A stretch of 64,000 bases of DNA from a virus (IMGVR_UViG_3300032007_000017); one strand, 5' to 3'; shown: positions 9,049 to 19,795, numbered from the stretch's first letter. The notes: generated by a model from the letters alone, not told the origin. Made by a program: numbers and translations.

Positions 9049-11049
9049 ATGGCCGATTCTTATATTGATCAAATCTCACGTGCAGGCGTATCATATGACA
9101 TCAGAGACTCTGAGGTTCAAGATTGGGCACGTGGTGCAACTAAACCGTCATATACCAAGTCTGAAGTTGGTCTTGGTAATGTCGATAATACTGCAGATGC
9201 TAATAAGAACGTCGCTACTGCAGAGGCTCTTTCGAGCGGTGCAAAGATCGGTATTACTGGCGGCGCTACTGCTGCTGGTGTAAACTTCGATGGTTCTGGT
9301 GATATTAATCTTATTGTCACTAGCCTCGATGCTACTAAACTGAGTGGTACTGTTCCTCTGTCTAGTATTCCTAAGGGTGCTGTTTCTGAGGAAGTTGTCG
9401 TTGCTAACTATGATGCTATGCTTGCCCTGACTTATGCTCAGGTGCAGCAAGGTGATACAGTTAAGCTGAACGATACTGGTGTCATGTACTATGTCAAGGA
9501 TGACACCAAGCTTGGCTCTGCCGCTGCCTTTGATATGTATAAGGCCGGTGAAGCCTCTTCTGTTGACTGGGCTAATGTCAAGAGTAAGCCTTCTAGCTTT
9601 ACTCCGTCTAGCCATACTCATCCTATGTCTGATATCGATGAACTTACTACTGCTCTGGCTGGTAAGTCTGATACTGGTCATGGACATAGTATGTCCGATA
9701 TTACTGGCTTGAGTGATGCTCTCGGAGCTAAGGCTGATGCAGATGCTATGACAACAGCCCTGGCTGGTAAGTCTGATACTGGTCATGGACACACCATGTC
9801 TGATATCACTGGCTTGAGCGATGCTCTTGCTGGTAAGGCTGCAGCTACTCATACTCATGCTATTTCTGATGTCACTGGACTTCAGGATGCTCTTAATGGA
9901 ACTTCCTCATCCACTCATGGCCACGGTAATATTAGTAATACTGGTACTCTTAGTTCTGCTAGTGTTGTTGTTGTTACTGATGGCACTAAGAAGATCGGAG
10001 TTAGCACAATCACTACAACTAAACTTGGATATCTGAGTGATGTCACTTCTAATATCCAGGCTCAGATTAATGCTAAGGCTGCTTCTAGCCATACTCATGC
10101 AATGAGTGATATCACTGGCTTGAGTGATGCTCTTGCTGGTAAAGCTGCAGCTACTCATGGTCATGAAATCTCTGAGATTACTGATCTTAGTGACACTCTT
10201 GCCGGTAAGGCTGCTGCTTCTCATAGCCATGCAATCACTGATATTACCAACCTTCAGACCACTCTGAATGCCAAGGCTGCTTCTACGCACACCCATGGTA
10301 ATATTACCAATGCTGGTGCTATTGGAACCGATTCTGGTCTGATTGTTGTTACTACCACGAGTGGTGTTCTTACTGCTAAAACGATTGCTAATGCTGGTCT
10401 GGCTGCTGCCTCTCATAGCCATGCAATGAGCGATATCACTGGATTGAGTGATGCTCTTGCTGGTAAGGCTGCTTCTAGCCACTCTCATGCAATCGCTGAT
10501 ATTACCAACCTTCAGACCACTTTGAATGCTAAGGCGGCTTCTGATCATGTCCACGGTAATATCACAAATGCTGGTGCTATTGGAAGCACTTCCGGCCTGA
10601 TTGTTGTTACTACTACGAATGGTGTTCTTACCACTAGTACTATTACTACAACCAAGCTTGGCTATCTGTCTGGTGTTACCTCTGATATTCAGACTCAGTT
10701 GAATGCTAAGGCTGCTTCTAGCCACTCTCATGCGATCTCTGAGATTACCAATCTTCAGTCGACGCTTGATGCTAAGGCTACTACTGCTAAGTGGACTAAT
10801 CTTAGCATTGCTACTGGTTGGTCTGGCTCTGCTGCTCCGTACACGAAGACTCTCACCGTCTCTGGTATTCTTGCCACTGATGTTCCTGTGATTGATTTCC
10901 GTGCTACTGGTACATACAGCACCGATAAGACTGCTGAGGAAGCCTGGTGCAACGTCTATCGTGCGGTTACTTCTGCCAATACGATTACATTCTATGCACA
11001 TGAGGCTCCCACGGTTGCAATTCCTGTTACCATTCAGGTCACTCGCTAA
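9049..11049 (+). CDS. Long tail fibre with HxH repeats
   Basis: Multiple HxHxxSDIxGLxxALxGKA repeats; Ala/Thr/Ser-rich. Confidence 0.85.
   Translation: MADSYIDQISRAGVSYDIRDSEVQDWARGATKPSYTKSEVGLGNVDNTADANKNVATAEALSSGAKIGITGGATAAGVNFDGSGDINLIVTSLDATKLSGTVPLSSIPKGAVSEEVVVANYDAMLALTYAQVQQGDTVKLNDTGVMYYVKDDTKLGSAAAFDMYKAGEASSVDWANVKSKPSSFTPSSHTHPMSDIDELTTALAGKSDTGHGHSMSDITGLSDALGAKADADAMTTALAGKSDTGHGHTMSDITGLSDALAGKAAATHTHAISDVTGLQDALNGTSSSTHGHGNISNTGTLSSASVVVVTDGTKKIGVSTITTTKLGYLSDVTSNIQAQINAKAASSHTHAMSDITGLSDALAGKAAATHGHEISEITDLSDTLAGKAAASHSHAITDITNLQTTLNAKAASTHTHGNITNAGAIGTDSGLIVVTTTSGVLTAKTIANAGLAAASHSHAMSDITGLSDALAGKAASSHSHAIADITNLQTTLNAKAASDHVHGNITNAGAIGSTSGLIVVTTTNGVLTTSTITTTKLGYLSGVTSDIQTQLNAKAASSHSHAISEITNLQSTLDAKATTAKWTNLSIATGWSGSAAPYTKTLTVSGILATDVPVIDFRATGTYSTDKTAEEAWCNVYRAVTSANTITFYAHEAPTVAIPVTIQVTR
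9610..10790 (+). repeat. Intragenic tandem repeats of the tail-fibre shaft
   Basis: Recurrent ~66-75-nt units plus duplicated HGNITNAGAIG and TTTKLGYLS blocks. Confidence 0.85.
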
Positions 11050-11136
11050 TCATTATAGTACACGCAGGTTTTCCTGCGTGTACTTTTTTTATTATATAGA
11101 AACAATCAAATAATTTATTTAGGAGGTTTAAATACC

Positions 11137-11616
11137 ATGACTAAATCTTATACCATGAAAGAAATCACCACTATGTATGAGACTGGAGAACCGCTTCTTC
11201 CGGCTTCTACTGGTGTTTTGGAGTTTGTGCTTCATCACAATCTTGAAACTATTGAGCCTATTGTCGATGAGTTCCTTGAAAAGAAGCAGGAGATCATTGA
11301 TAAGTATGCTACAGTCGATGAGAATGGTCATAAGGTCATGACAGATGAGAATGTTACTAAGGCTAATGCTGAGCTTAAGCCTTATCTTGACATTAAGTAT
11401 GACCTTGATATCATTGTTGTTCCTGAGGTTAAGCTTCTTAACTGCGGTCTGAAAGCAGTTGAGATGAGAAATATCAAGTGGATGATCGAGCGTTCTACTG
11501 CCGATGATATCCGTTCTATGCTTGGTATTGTTGATAAAGAAGCAGAAGATGCTGCCAAGAAGGAAGCAAGCAAATACGATCCTAGTGAACCTGTTGATGA
11601 CGATCGTTTTGTATAA
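11137..11616 (+). CDS. Hypothetical late protein
   Basis: AACA-ATCAAA-TA promoter; SD AGGAGG. Confidence 0.7.
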   Translation: MTKSYTMKEITTMYETGEPLLPASTGVLEFVLHHNLETIEPIVDEFLEKKQEIIDKYATVDENGHKVMTDENVTKANAELKPYLDIKYDLDIIVVPEVKLLNCGLKAVEMRNIKWMIERSTADDIRSMLGIVDKEAEDAAKKEASKYDPSEPVDDDRFV

Positions 11617-11638
11617 ATTATTCTAGGAGGATCAAACA

Positions 11639-11806
11639 ATGAAGATTTCTGAACTTGTAGAGAAGCTGAATGCTATTAAGGAAACTGAAGGAGACCTTGA
11701 GGTCAATATTCCCAGCAAGGTCAAGTTCCCTTATGCTTCAGTATCCGATGTTGAAGTCTCTGAGAATGAGCTCAACGATGATGCTAAGGAAGTATTTCTC
11801 GATTAA
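11639..11806 (+). CDS. Small hypothetical protein (55 aa, MKISELVEKL...)
   Basis: SD AGGAGG; below the ORF-track cutoff; terminator follows. Confidence 0.65.
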   Translation: MKISELVEKLNAIKETEGDLEVNIPSKVKFPYASVSDVEVSENELNDDAKEVFLD

Positions 11807-11889
11807 TCATCAATAATATAGACAGTATGCTTTTGCATACTGTCTATAATTAAGCCCTCGAACAATTCAATAAGAAAGGAGGCTGTATC

Positions 11890-13344
11890 ATGGAGTTAGG
11901 ACATGTAGATTTCAGTGAATGCTTACCGTTAGATCCTTCTACATTTAATCCTAAGCATTCTAAAACATTACATCAAAACCTTTGTATCCCTAGTACAGCT
12001 CAGTCTTATTCTATTTGTATTGAGTACATGAAACGATGGTTTCTTTCTCTTTTTGAGAGGAATCCATTTAAGACTGTATATGTAGATGGTAAAAATATCT
12101 TTGATGATTATCGTAGATTATCTGCTGTAGAGCTTTTAAAACGTCAGAAGCCTGCATTAGCAATCATCCCTAATATTGATTGGGGATTTAATGATGAAAA
12201 TCGAGATATTTATCAATATGGAACCACTCTTTACCAGACTAAAGGGCTCTATAGTAATTCTTTTTATCAAGATAGAGAGCATAATTCTTATTTAGGAATT
12301 ATGATGGAAACTCTTTTTATGGAATTTACTTTCCGTATTAGAGTAGAAACAAGAGCCCAGCAACTTGATATGTTTAAATACCTTCAGCTTGCTAGTAAGG
12401 TTAATGCTGGTTCATTTGGAGAGGATGTAGATCTTGATTTCCATGTACCATATGATATCATGCTTGCTATTGCTGCTGATGCTGGATTTGAGATAGTTCC
12501 TAGTAAAGAGGATGATGAAACTGCATATCCTTATGTAAAGAATATTCAAGAATTTTTAGCATTCTTGAATTCTCATTCTGAGATTCCGTTCTTATATAAA
12601 TTAAGAACGATTAATGGAAAGAATGAATTCTTTATTCGTATGCAGGATATGTATGTACATGTAAAGCCTACTGGACTTAGTGGAGATGATGGTGAACGAG
12701 AAGCAGTTATGAGCAATAACTTCCATCTTGAAATGACTGCAGAAGTTCGTTTTCCTGCTCCTAAGTTCTTTGCATACTATACAGATAATTCTAGAGATTT
12801 TCGCACAGTTTACTCTGCTTGGCGTCAACCTTCTGGAATTGTATCTGTTGCATATACGTTCAAAGGAATCGAAGTTCCTAATCAAAATGCTCTTGGCTGG
12901 CATAAGTATTTAGAGACAAACTATGAATCTGATCCTGAAGACATCAATAAACCTCTGGTAGCAGATCTTAGTCCTCTTCTCAATCAAGGAGATCTTGGAG
13001 AGACAATTAAAGCCTGTGTCCAATCCGGAGTATCTCCTTCTATCTTCTTTGATGTATTTGCTACGAATGGAGGAGAGATCTTACAAGGATCTATCAATTG
13101 GTCTAATCTGACTTATGAGACCACTCAACCAATTCGTAATATCAATACTTTCTTTGCATTCTATATGGATATGATGTATATTAATGACTATATCATTGTC
13201 AATAGAGATGCAAAAAAGAATAGACTTCAGCATACTAAAGATCCTAAATCTCAAATCAGAACGATGCCTCAGAGACTTCCCGATGAAAAGAAAGAAGTTC
13301 CTCCGCCTCCTGGTTTGAGTTTGAATGATCATTATGTCGAATAA
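11890..13344 (+). CDS. Putative virion structural protein
   Basis: 484 aa; late promoter AACA-ATTCAA-TA. Confidence 0.6.
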   Translation: MELGHVDFSECLPLDPSTFNPKHSKTLHQNLCIPSTAQSYSICIEYMKRWFLSLFERNPFKTVYVDGKNIFDDYRRLSAVELLKRQKPALAIIPNIDWGFNDENRDIYQYGTTLYQTKGLYSNSFYQDREHNSYLGIMMETLFMEFTFRIRVETRAQQLDMFKYLQLASKVNAGSFGEDVDLDFHVPYDIMLAIAADAGFEIVPSKEDDETAYPYVKNIQEFLAFLNSHSEIPFLYKLRTINGKNEFFIRMQDMYVHVKPTGLSGDDGEREAVMSNNFHLEMTAEVRFPAPKFFAYYTDNSRDFRTVYSAWRQPSGIVSVAYTFKGIEVPNQNALGWHKYLETNYESDPEDINKPLVADLSPLLNQGDLGETIKACVQSGVSPSIFFDVFATNGGEILQGSINWSNLTYETTQPIRNINTFFAFYMDMMYINDYIIVNRDAKKNRLQHTKDPKSQIRTMPQRLPDEKKEVPPPPGLSLNDHYVE

Positions 13345-13375
13345 AAAATAAGAGGGCATTGCCCTCTTATTTCTT

Positions 13376-14008
13376 TTATGCATCGAATGCAACTCCATTA
13401 TGCATGACGGATACGTATGCATAATCAACTCCAATAAGAATATGCTTCATAATGGAATTTCCGAATATATCAATACGCTTAAAATCATCTATTGTTGTAG
13501 CCGTAAGAAGATCATCAAGATCTATCTTTCCTCTATCAATTGCCATATTCGATGTTCTCTCAGCATTACTATCTGTTAAAGTAAGGAGAATATCTCTAAC
13601 GATAATATCTCCAATCTTTTTGGTATCATCACCAATTTGTAATGTCGTAATTGTTGTATCGATCATTCTTTTATTTCCGACATTACAATAAAGATTATAC
13701 ATATCTTTAGCGATAATAGATGCTGCTGTAACAGAAGTATCGGATTCTCTCATAATTTCGATCATGGCATTACGAAAGTCATCTGTTTCATATCTGGGAA
13801 TAGTAAAGTTATTGAAACCATATGTGGTATCTGCTTTGCATTCTTTAGCAACCTTTTTACAAATCTTTGCAATAATGTCTTTCTCTTTCTTTTCATACTC
13901 TCCCTGGAGATTAAGAGATTCTAACCATCCATAAAGATAGAATGTAGATTGCCTTTTTAATTGATTATTAAATGTGTGGCTAAAATCAATAAAATCAAGA
14001 TTGTTCAT
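13376..14008 (-). CDS. Hypothetical protein (early)
   Basis: SD AGGAGG; early motif at ~14030-14040. Confidence 0.7.
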   Translation of the reverse strand: MNNLDFIDFSHTFNNQLKRQSTFYLYGWLESLNLQGEYEKKEKDIIAKICKKVAKECKADTTYGFNNFTIPRYETDDFRNAMIEIMRESDTSVTAASIIAKDMYNLYCNVGNKRMIDTTITTLQIGDDTKKIGDIIVRDILLTLTDSNAERTSNMAIDRGKIDLDDLLTATTIDDFKRIDIFGNSIMKHILIGVDYAYVSVMHNGVAFDA

Positions 14009-14118
14009 ATTCTATACCTCCTATACTTTAATAATATGTATTTTTGATAAATATTAAGAACTTTAACATTTTATTAGATCCATGATCTGAATCGATTAAT
14101 AATTTGGAGGTATGTACT

Positions 14119-14484
14119 ATGTTTAAAGGTATGATCCGTCTGAAGTGTGTCGACCTGTCAAACTGGGCTGCCAACCAGCATCTGTTTGATAACGTCTCTG
14201 CTGAGGATCCTATCCGCTTTGGCACTGAGGGTATGGACACGATCAACGTCTATGTCCAGAAAGCCAATGATCTTGTTACCCTGCAGGATGAGCTCATCCA
14301 GGGTATGAATCTCTCCATTGAGAAGTTCTCTGCGCTTAACCAGGACTTCACCATGCTTATGAAGGGCGTTAAGGCCGTCCTTGATAGCAAGGTAATGGAG
14401 CAGTCTTTCTCTCAGCAGCTCCGTCTGCCCATTTCTCCGTACATTGAGGTTGTCATTAAGGACACCGAAAAGCAGGAGAACTAA
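14119..14484 (+). CDS. Hypothetical late protein
   Basis: AACA-TTTTAT-TA; high-expression-type codon bias. Confidence 0.7.
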   Translation: MFKGMIRLKCVDLSNWAANQHLFDNVSAEDPIRFGTEGMDTINVYVQKANDLVTLQDELIQGMNLSIEKFSALNQDFTMLMKGVKAVLDSKVMEQSFSQQLRLPISPYIEVVIKDTEKQEN

Positions 14485-14615
14485 TGATCAACAATACATA
14501 ACGTAGATTCGTCTACGTTATGTATATTTTTGTGTGGTTATATATTATTAATCTGAAGGGAGGAAAATACATATAAAAGAACAAACTATATATCATTATA
14601 AAAAGGAGAAATATT

Positions 14616-15158
14616 ATGATGATCGATCTTGAAGGCTTTATTCTTTGCATTGTTGCAGCATTCGTTATGGGTATGCTATTATGGTCTGTCTATAAAGATG
14701 CTGTTATTTCCAGAGCCTGTCGTAAAGAATTTCTTAGTGTTGAAAAAGACATTGAATCTCTTATCGAGAGAATCAATAACCAGACGATATCCATTAAACT
14801 ATACTATCGTATTACCTACGATGATTTCCGTAATATATACGATAAAAATATCGATATGTTTTATCTCTTTGGTCATTTTGTAGTCTTTTGTGATTATAAT
14901 TACACTAACTCCAAAGGCTTAAGAGAAGCTACATTATACTACTTTGATGAAGAGTCTTATTGGAAGTATAAAGAGTTCTTTGTAAGAGAGAAATCTTTGT
15001 ACAAAGATACTGCTCTTGAAGATGAAGTAGAGAGAAGGAGTAAAGAAAATCATTTAAAAGTACATACAGTGGAGGGTAATCAATCAGATGCGAGAAAACT
15101 TTTCGGCTCTACTAAAAGCGAGATTATCTATACTGCAAAAGAGACAGGATCTGACTGA
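14616..15158 (+). CDS. Hypothetical membrane-anchored protein
   Basis: N-terminal hydrophobic helix; SD. Confidence 0.65.
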   Translation: MMIDLEGFILCIVAAFVMGMLLWSVYKDAVISRACRKEFLSVEKDIESLIERINNQTISIKLYYRITYDDFRNIYDKNIDMFYLFGHFVVFCDYNYTNSKGLREATLYYFDEESYWKYKEFFVREKSLYKDTALEDEVERRSKENHLKVHTVEGNQSDARKLFGSTKSEIIYTAKETGSD

Positions 15159-15510
15159 GCAAGTTGGGTCTGAATTCTATTTCATTGATCGTCAAGGTCT
15201 AGGTGCTAGATCTATTAATCGAGATAAAGACACAAAAGATCTTGATGATATAATTGAAACGATTAAAAACCTCATACTTAAGTACAAGAATGATACTGAG
15301 TATGAAGGACCTGAATCCTGGCAAGATAGAGTAACCAAAATCTTTGCTGATGCTGGTTACAATATTATCTTTCAAAGAGATGATAATAACAAGAAAGATT
15401 TTGTAACCATTATCAGGGAAGGAGCTAATTCTAGTATCTTTGCTTATGGATGGTATCCTATCTTACAGATAGATTATCATTATGACAAAGATGACAAGAA
15501 AGTGTGGTAA
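15088..15510 (+). CDS. Hypothetical protein
   Basis: ORF in co-oriented run. Confidence 0.6.
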   Translation: MRENFSALLKARLSILQKRQDLTEQVGSEFYFIDRQGLGARSINRDKDTKDLDDIIETIKNLILKYKNDTEYEGPESWQDRVTKIFADAGYNIIFQRDDNNKKDFVTIIREGANSSIFAYGWYPILQIDYHYDKDDKKVW

Positions 15511-15513
15511 TAC

Positions 15514-15996
15514 ATGAAAGAGGTTTATTTGAATGGCAAGATGAGACAGCTTACCGCTGAAGAAGAAAAAGCTAATAACGAATTCCATCAGAAACGTCAG
15601 ATCTTTTGTATTGCAGGAGGAAGCATATATTTTGCTGATCCATTCACTACAGAAGATCATTTCGAATGGATGAGTAAAACTATGGGTATGGATAAAGACG
15701 AATATGAAACTACTATTCGTGGATATATCATGAAAGATCGTATTCAGTTCTTTATCGGTACTGCTCATAGTGCTATTCCTGATATCCTTAGTAGAATTTC
15801 TATTAAAGATATTGATACTCTTGCTAAGAAATATGCACAGGTATTTAGTGACGAAATAGATACTGATAAGAGTATTAAAATCTGCAATGGTGTATCTATT
15901 GGCGAGATCGGGAAACAATGGGATGAGTTAGAAACCATTGGACATATAAGATGTGTTTCATATCCTGATATATTTATGTATTTGATTTCTGCGTAG
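15514..15996 (+). CDS. Hypothetical protein
   Basis: ORF in co-oriented run; terminator follows. Confidence 0.65.
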   Translation: MKEVYLNGKMRQLTAEEEKANNEFHQKRQIFCIAGGSIYFADPFTTEDHFEWMSKTMGMDKDEYETTIRGYIMKDRIQFFIGTAHSAIPDILSRISIKDIDTLAKKYAQVFSDEIDTDKSIKICNGVSIGEIGKQWDELETIGHIRCVSYPDIFMYLISA

Positions 15997-16091
15997 TCTG
16001 AAAATTAATAAAAGAAAGAGCCAACTGACTCTTTCTTTTTTAGTTTATACTTTGCTGAAAACACATATTATAATAATGAGGTGATAAACAT

Positions 16092-16292
16092 ATGATAGTA
16101 GATCTAGCTAAAAAGAATCTAGATGAGACTACCAGCTTTAAATTGCTAGTAGAAGCTATGAGCATTGTCCAGTCAAATAACTTTGTTCCTGAAGGAGTTA
16201 AAGTTATGATGCAAACGGCTTTCGATCCTGTTCCTATGGCTATTCATGGGGCCAGGTTTGATAAGGAAACAAATTCAATTATTATTTATTAG
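16092..16292 (+). CDS. Hypothetical protein
   Basis: Early motif and SD GAGGTG. Confidence 0.6.
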   Translation: MIVDLAKKNLDETTSFKLLVEAMSIVQSNNFVPEGVKVMMQTAFDPVPMAIHGARFDKETNSIIIY

Positions 16293-16304
16293 GAGGAAAT
16301 AAAA

Positions 16305-16934
16305 ATGGCAACCAAGAAAACTACTGCAACTATTACAAAGGCAACTGAAAAGAAGGAATCCGTCAAGAAGACTAAGACCCCTACCAAGAAGACCACAGCC
16401 TCTAAGAAGGAGCCTGTTAAGAAGACTATCACCAAGCATGCTCTTCCTAATATCTCTGAGAATCAGAAGAAGGCAGCCATTGATAGACTTAAATCCATTA
16501 GTGCATCTATGGATGCTGCTAAGATTCTCGATGAGATGGAAGGAAAATATAGAGCAAATTTTGTAACAGCAGCATCGCTTGCTACAACCATCATTAAATC
16601 TATTGCCAAGTTTGGTGATTATCCGATCTTTTTCAGTTCAGATAGTGAAATTGGTAAGATTATTAATACTAGAGGAATCCAGGTAGTAAAGGTACCTGGA
16701 ATTACTCCTAATGATTTAGAAGCAGATAAGTATGCAAAGGCTCTGATTATCAATAGGTATAATGGTAATTTTGGAATCATCTGTGATGGTAATCAAATTG
16801 ATGAGTCCACTATAGTCATCCCTGTTAATAAAGTAGCTGAAGAGGAAGAGCCTAAGAAGACTACCAAGAAGAAATCTACCTCTTCTACTTCTAAGAAGAA
16901 GACTACGAAGAAAGAGACAAAGGGAAATGAGTAA
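16305..16934 (+). CDS. Protein with Lys/Thr-rich (histone H1-like) tails
   Basis: KKTT/KKT repeats at both termini. Confidence 0.65.
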   Translation: MATKKTTATITKATEKKESVKKTKTPTKKTTASKKEPVKKTITKHALPNISENQKKAAIDRLKSISASMDAAKILDEMEGKYRANFVTAASLATTIIKSIAKFGDYPIFFSSDSEIGKIINTRGIQVVKVPGITPNDLEADKYAKALIINRYNGNFGIICDGNQIDESTIVIPVNKVAEEEEPKKTTKKKSTSSTSKKKTTKKETKGNE

Positions 16935-17178
16935 TCAATCAAAACCTTACGATAATCTCTATGTCAAGTACTATGACTATCTTGGCTATGAGCATGGTGG
17001 AACCATTGTTCTAGTTCAACCTTGTCCCACTGCTGAGGTAGAAGGAGAAACTTATATCTATATTCTGGATGAAATGCCTGAATATAATGATAAAGTATAT
17101 AAAGCTCCTGATGGTACAGAATATAAGTATGCAGAAATCCGCAGATCGACAGAAGTTTGGAGGCCAGTGGATGCATAA
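16927..17178 (+). CDS. Hypothetical protein
   Basis: Overlap-coupled ORF. Confidence 0.6.
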   Translation: MSNQSKPYDNLYVKYYDYLGYEHGGTIVLVQPCPTAEVEGETYIYILDEMPEYNDKVYKAPDGTEYKYAEIRRSTEVWRPVDA

Positions 17179-17869
17179 AATCTTACAAAGAGGAACTAAG
17201 CAGATCTATATCAACTATGAGGCATTGGATCTGATACTATTAATCCTTAGGGCTATTTTGCTTTTATGCTTAACGATTATTCTAGTAATCGAGGCAGTGA
17301 ATAAAGTCGATATAGTCATAGGCAAAGTAGTTATATCTGCATTAATATTCGTTACATTTCTCGATTTGGAGATTTCAATTGCTAGTAGAAAAGATATCGC
17401 AAGAGCTAAGAATGGATCTCCTACAATTTTTGCATACTTCGTTCAAGGCGCAAATGATATTAAAGATATCAAAAATGTTTTATCAGATCCTCATTTCTTA
17501 TCATTTACCTATATGGCTGATAGAGTTAGTAAGACAGTATTACCATATGATAAATTTATTGAAGATTTGATGAAAGATGGAATCATTGAGCAGTCAGATA
17601 ATCTCATTAAAAATAATGATACCATAAATAATATTTTTAATGAGACTTCCAAAAGAATAAAAGAACGAGGTAAAGAGTTTTCAACTGTTAGAAGAGTCTT
17701 TGCTGATGCCATATATGATTGGTATATGGATCATTCTTATAAAGCCTATATTGCTAGTAGTGCTGTTAATGTAGGAACAATGGATAGCTTTTTCTACATT
17801 ACGATTATTAGTATATATCTAGAAGGCTTACTTGAATACTATAGAAATAATTATTATATGGAGGTATGA
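17171..17869 (+). CDS. Hypothetical membrane protein
   Basis: Two N-terminal hydrophobic segments; SD GGAGG. Confidence 0.6.
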   Translation: MHKILQRGTKQIYINYEALDLILLILRAILLLCLTIILVIEAVNKVDIVIGKVVISALIFVTFLDLEISIASRKDIARAKNGSPTIFAYFVQGANDIKDIKNVLSDPHFLSFTYMADRVSKTVLPYDKFIEDLMKDGIIEQSDNLIKNNDTINNIFNETSKRIKERGKEFSTVRRVFADAIYDWYMDHSYKAYIASSAVNVGTMDSFFYITIISIYLEGLLEYYRNNYYMEV

Positions 17870-17872
17870 ATT

Positions 17873-18346
17873 ATGGAAGTGGTATTGAAGGTTGATCTTA
17901 CTGATGAGCAGTATAAAGAGCTCATGGAAAAGACAACCAGCGCTGTCACAAACAGCGATGCATTCTTTGAAGCTGCTAAAGATAAGATCCTGAGTAGTAT
18001 GGCAGATTATCTGAAAGAGAATAAAGATGAACTTCGTAAGCTTTGTGGTATCGGTCATTATTATAGTAATGATACCACATTGTCTGAGAATAAGCGCGCT
18101 GCTACAGCAGCTATTAATGTTGCTACTCAGGATTTTTCTGAGAAACTGAAACCGATCATTGCAGATTTGTATAAAGAGATTCTCTCTAAGTGCGAATTTG
18201 AAAAGATTCTGGAAGAAGTATTACTCAGAACAATCGCAAGTGGTTTGACTGAAGGAGTCCAAGAAAGACTTAATAATATGACTGATCTTCATACTATGAT
18301 AATTGGAGAACTCGACAGTATCAGGTCTAGACTCAACAGCATTTAA
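17873..18346 (+). CDS. Hypothetical protein
   Basis: SD GGAGG; terminator follows. Confidence 0.7.
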   Translation: MEVVLKVDLTDEQYKELMEKTTSAVTNSDAFFEAAKDKILSSMADYLKENKDELRKLCGIGHYYSNDTTLSENKRAATAAINVATQDFSEKLKPIIADLYKEILSKCEFEKILEEVLLRTIASGLTEGVQERLNNMTDLHTMIIGELDSIRSRLNSI

Positions 18347-18373
18347 AGAAATAAAGAGAGCCATTTGCTCTCT

Positions 18374-18566
18374 TTATTTTTTGTTTTCGACCCTTGGTTT
18401 TAAATCTTCTTTGGAGACAGACTCTTTTCTAAGTCCATTGGCAACTCCATAGATATCATATGTATTGTCTTCATTGACAGCAGTGATACGTACTAAGTCA
18501 CCTGGTCTTAAGAAATCAGCAAGTCTTTTTTGAAGAATCACAAGATCTCCAACTTTCGTAAAGCAT
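18374..18566 (-). pseudogene. Small SH3-like ORF with its start out of frame
   Basis: 63-codon open frame (KVGDLVI...GDLVRITAV) lies +1 to a TGATG-coupled ATG. Confidence 0.45.
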
Positions 18567-19258
18567 CACTTCTCTTCATCTGATTTACTGTCGCTATTGC
18601 TAGCGTCATTAGTAGGATGTTGAAGTTCATATGATGTCATGGTAGTATAACTACCAATATCATGTACATTTGCATTACGAGGGATAACACCCAAAGGACT
18701 GATACTTGGTGTAATAATTGTAGGTACTTCTTTTGAATAAGTATTAAAAGTGATACCTTCTCTAAGAGTAGTACCACCTTTAGTAACCTCATTTATAGAT
18801 GGATTGTTTTTATCATGAATATCCTTAGCATACGTTACAATTCTATCGATTGCCTGATTGGGAGTATGTCCATCAAAGATAGGAGCTCTAGGAAGCTCAT
18901 CTATATCAAACATTGCCCAATAAGGATCGATATTATAATGATAAGTAGCATCTCCATAAGGAGTTGAGACACCAACTATAAACATACCAGGATACATAGG
19001 ATCTTTCTTAGGATCATTATGAAGAAGACTCTTCCAAGCAATATTCTTAAATGAAGTTAAGCAGAGTGCTAAGAAGAGCATAGCACGATGATGATAAAGT
19101 TCATCAAATGAATGATAACCATCAGAAATCATTCCTGTAAAACCAGTATTCTTTATCGCATCAATACTCTCCTGAATATCCTTAATAGCTCTTGGCATTG
19201 TAGGCTTTTCACTACCATCAGTCATTTCAGGATCATTGATATTTGTAGTGTAGTTCAT
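18566..19258 (-). CDS. Conserved phage protein (SDGYH...FDGH type)
   Basis: ISDGYHSFDELYHHR, AWKS, TYH, APIFDGH motifs. Confidence 0.7.
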   Translation of the reverse strand: MNYTTNINDPEMTDGSEKPTMPRAIKDIQESIDAIKNTGFTGMISDGYHSFDELYHHRAMLFLALCLTSFKNIAWKSLLHNDPKKDPMYPGMFIVGVSTPYGDATYHYNIDPYWAMFDIDELPRAPIFDGHTPNQAIDRIVTYAKDIHDKNNPSINEVTKGGTTLREGITFNTYSKEVPTIITPSISPLGVIPRNANVHDIGSYTTMTSYELQHPTNDASNSDSKSDEEK

Positions 19259-19261
19259 TGA

Positions 19262-19795
19262 TTAATCCTCCTTAATAAATTTATCAGTTATATATTTAGA
19301 AACATCTGCTGTCAGATGATTGGAAAGCTGGATAATTCTTTGATTAGAAGATCCTCTATATGGAAGGGAGATATCTTTCTTCTCTTCTATAAAAGGACCA
19401 TCTACCAAGATATCTATTGTATCTAAGATAGCATTTGCTTGAGTCTGAGTTTTTAATTTCTCATAAATATATCCAGTATATATCCAGATATCTTTAGAGA
19501 AACCAAACTCTTCTCTTACTGCTCTTACTAAACTTAATACATCAGGAATATTTTCTACTTCAAACGGATCTCCCCCTAAGATAGAGAGACCATTTATATA
19601 ATCTGGTTTTAGTGATTCAATGATTTGATTTTTGATATCACTTGTATAAGGTTGGCCAAAGTAAAAATCCCATGTTTGAGGTTGAAAACATCCTTTACAA
19701 TGATTTCTACAACCAGAAACAAATAGAGAGGTTCTTACTCCAACCCCATTAGCAATATCACAATACTTGATCTCACCATAATACATATAAATCAC
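19262..19795 (-). CDS. nrdG: Anaerobic ribonucleotide reductase activating enzyme (radical SAM)
   Basis: DIANGVGVRTSLFVSGCRNHCKGCF, GLSILGGDP, IWIYTGY, DILVDGPF, RGSSNQR. Confidence 0.93.
   Translation of the reverse strand: MIYMYYGEIKYCDIANGVGVRTSLFVSGCRNHCKGCFQPQTWDFYFGQPYTSDIKNQIIESLKPDYINGLSILGGDPFEVENIPDVLSLVRAVREEFGFSKDIWIYTGYIYEKLKTQTQANAILDTIDILVDGPFIEEKKDISLPYRGSSNQRIIQLSNHLTADVSKYITDKFIKED

Noticed and set aside
9610-10790. CRISPR-like array
   Set aside because: Repeats are in-frame coding repeats without unique spacers
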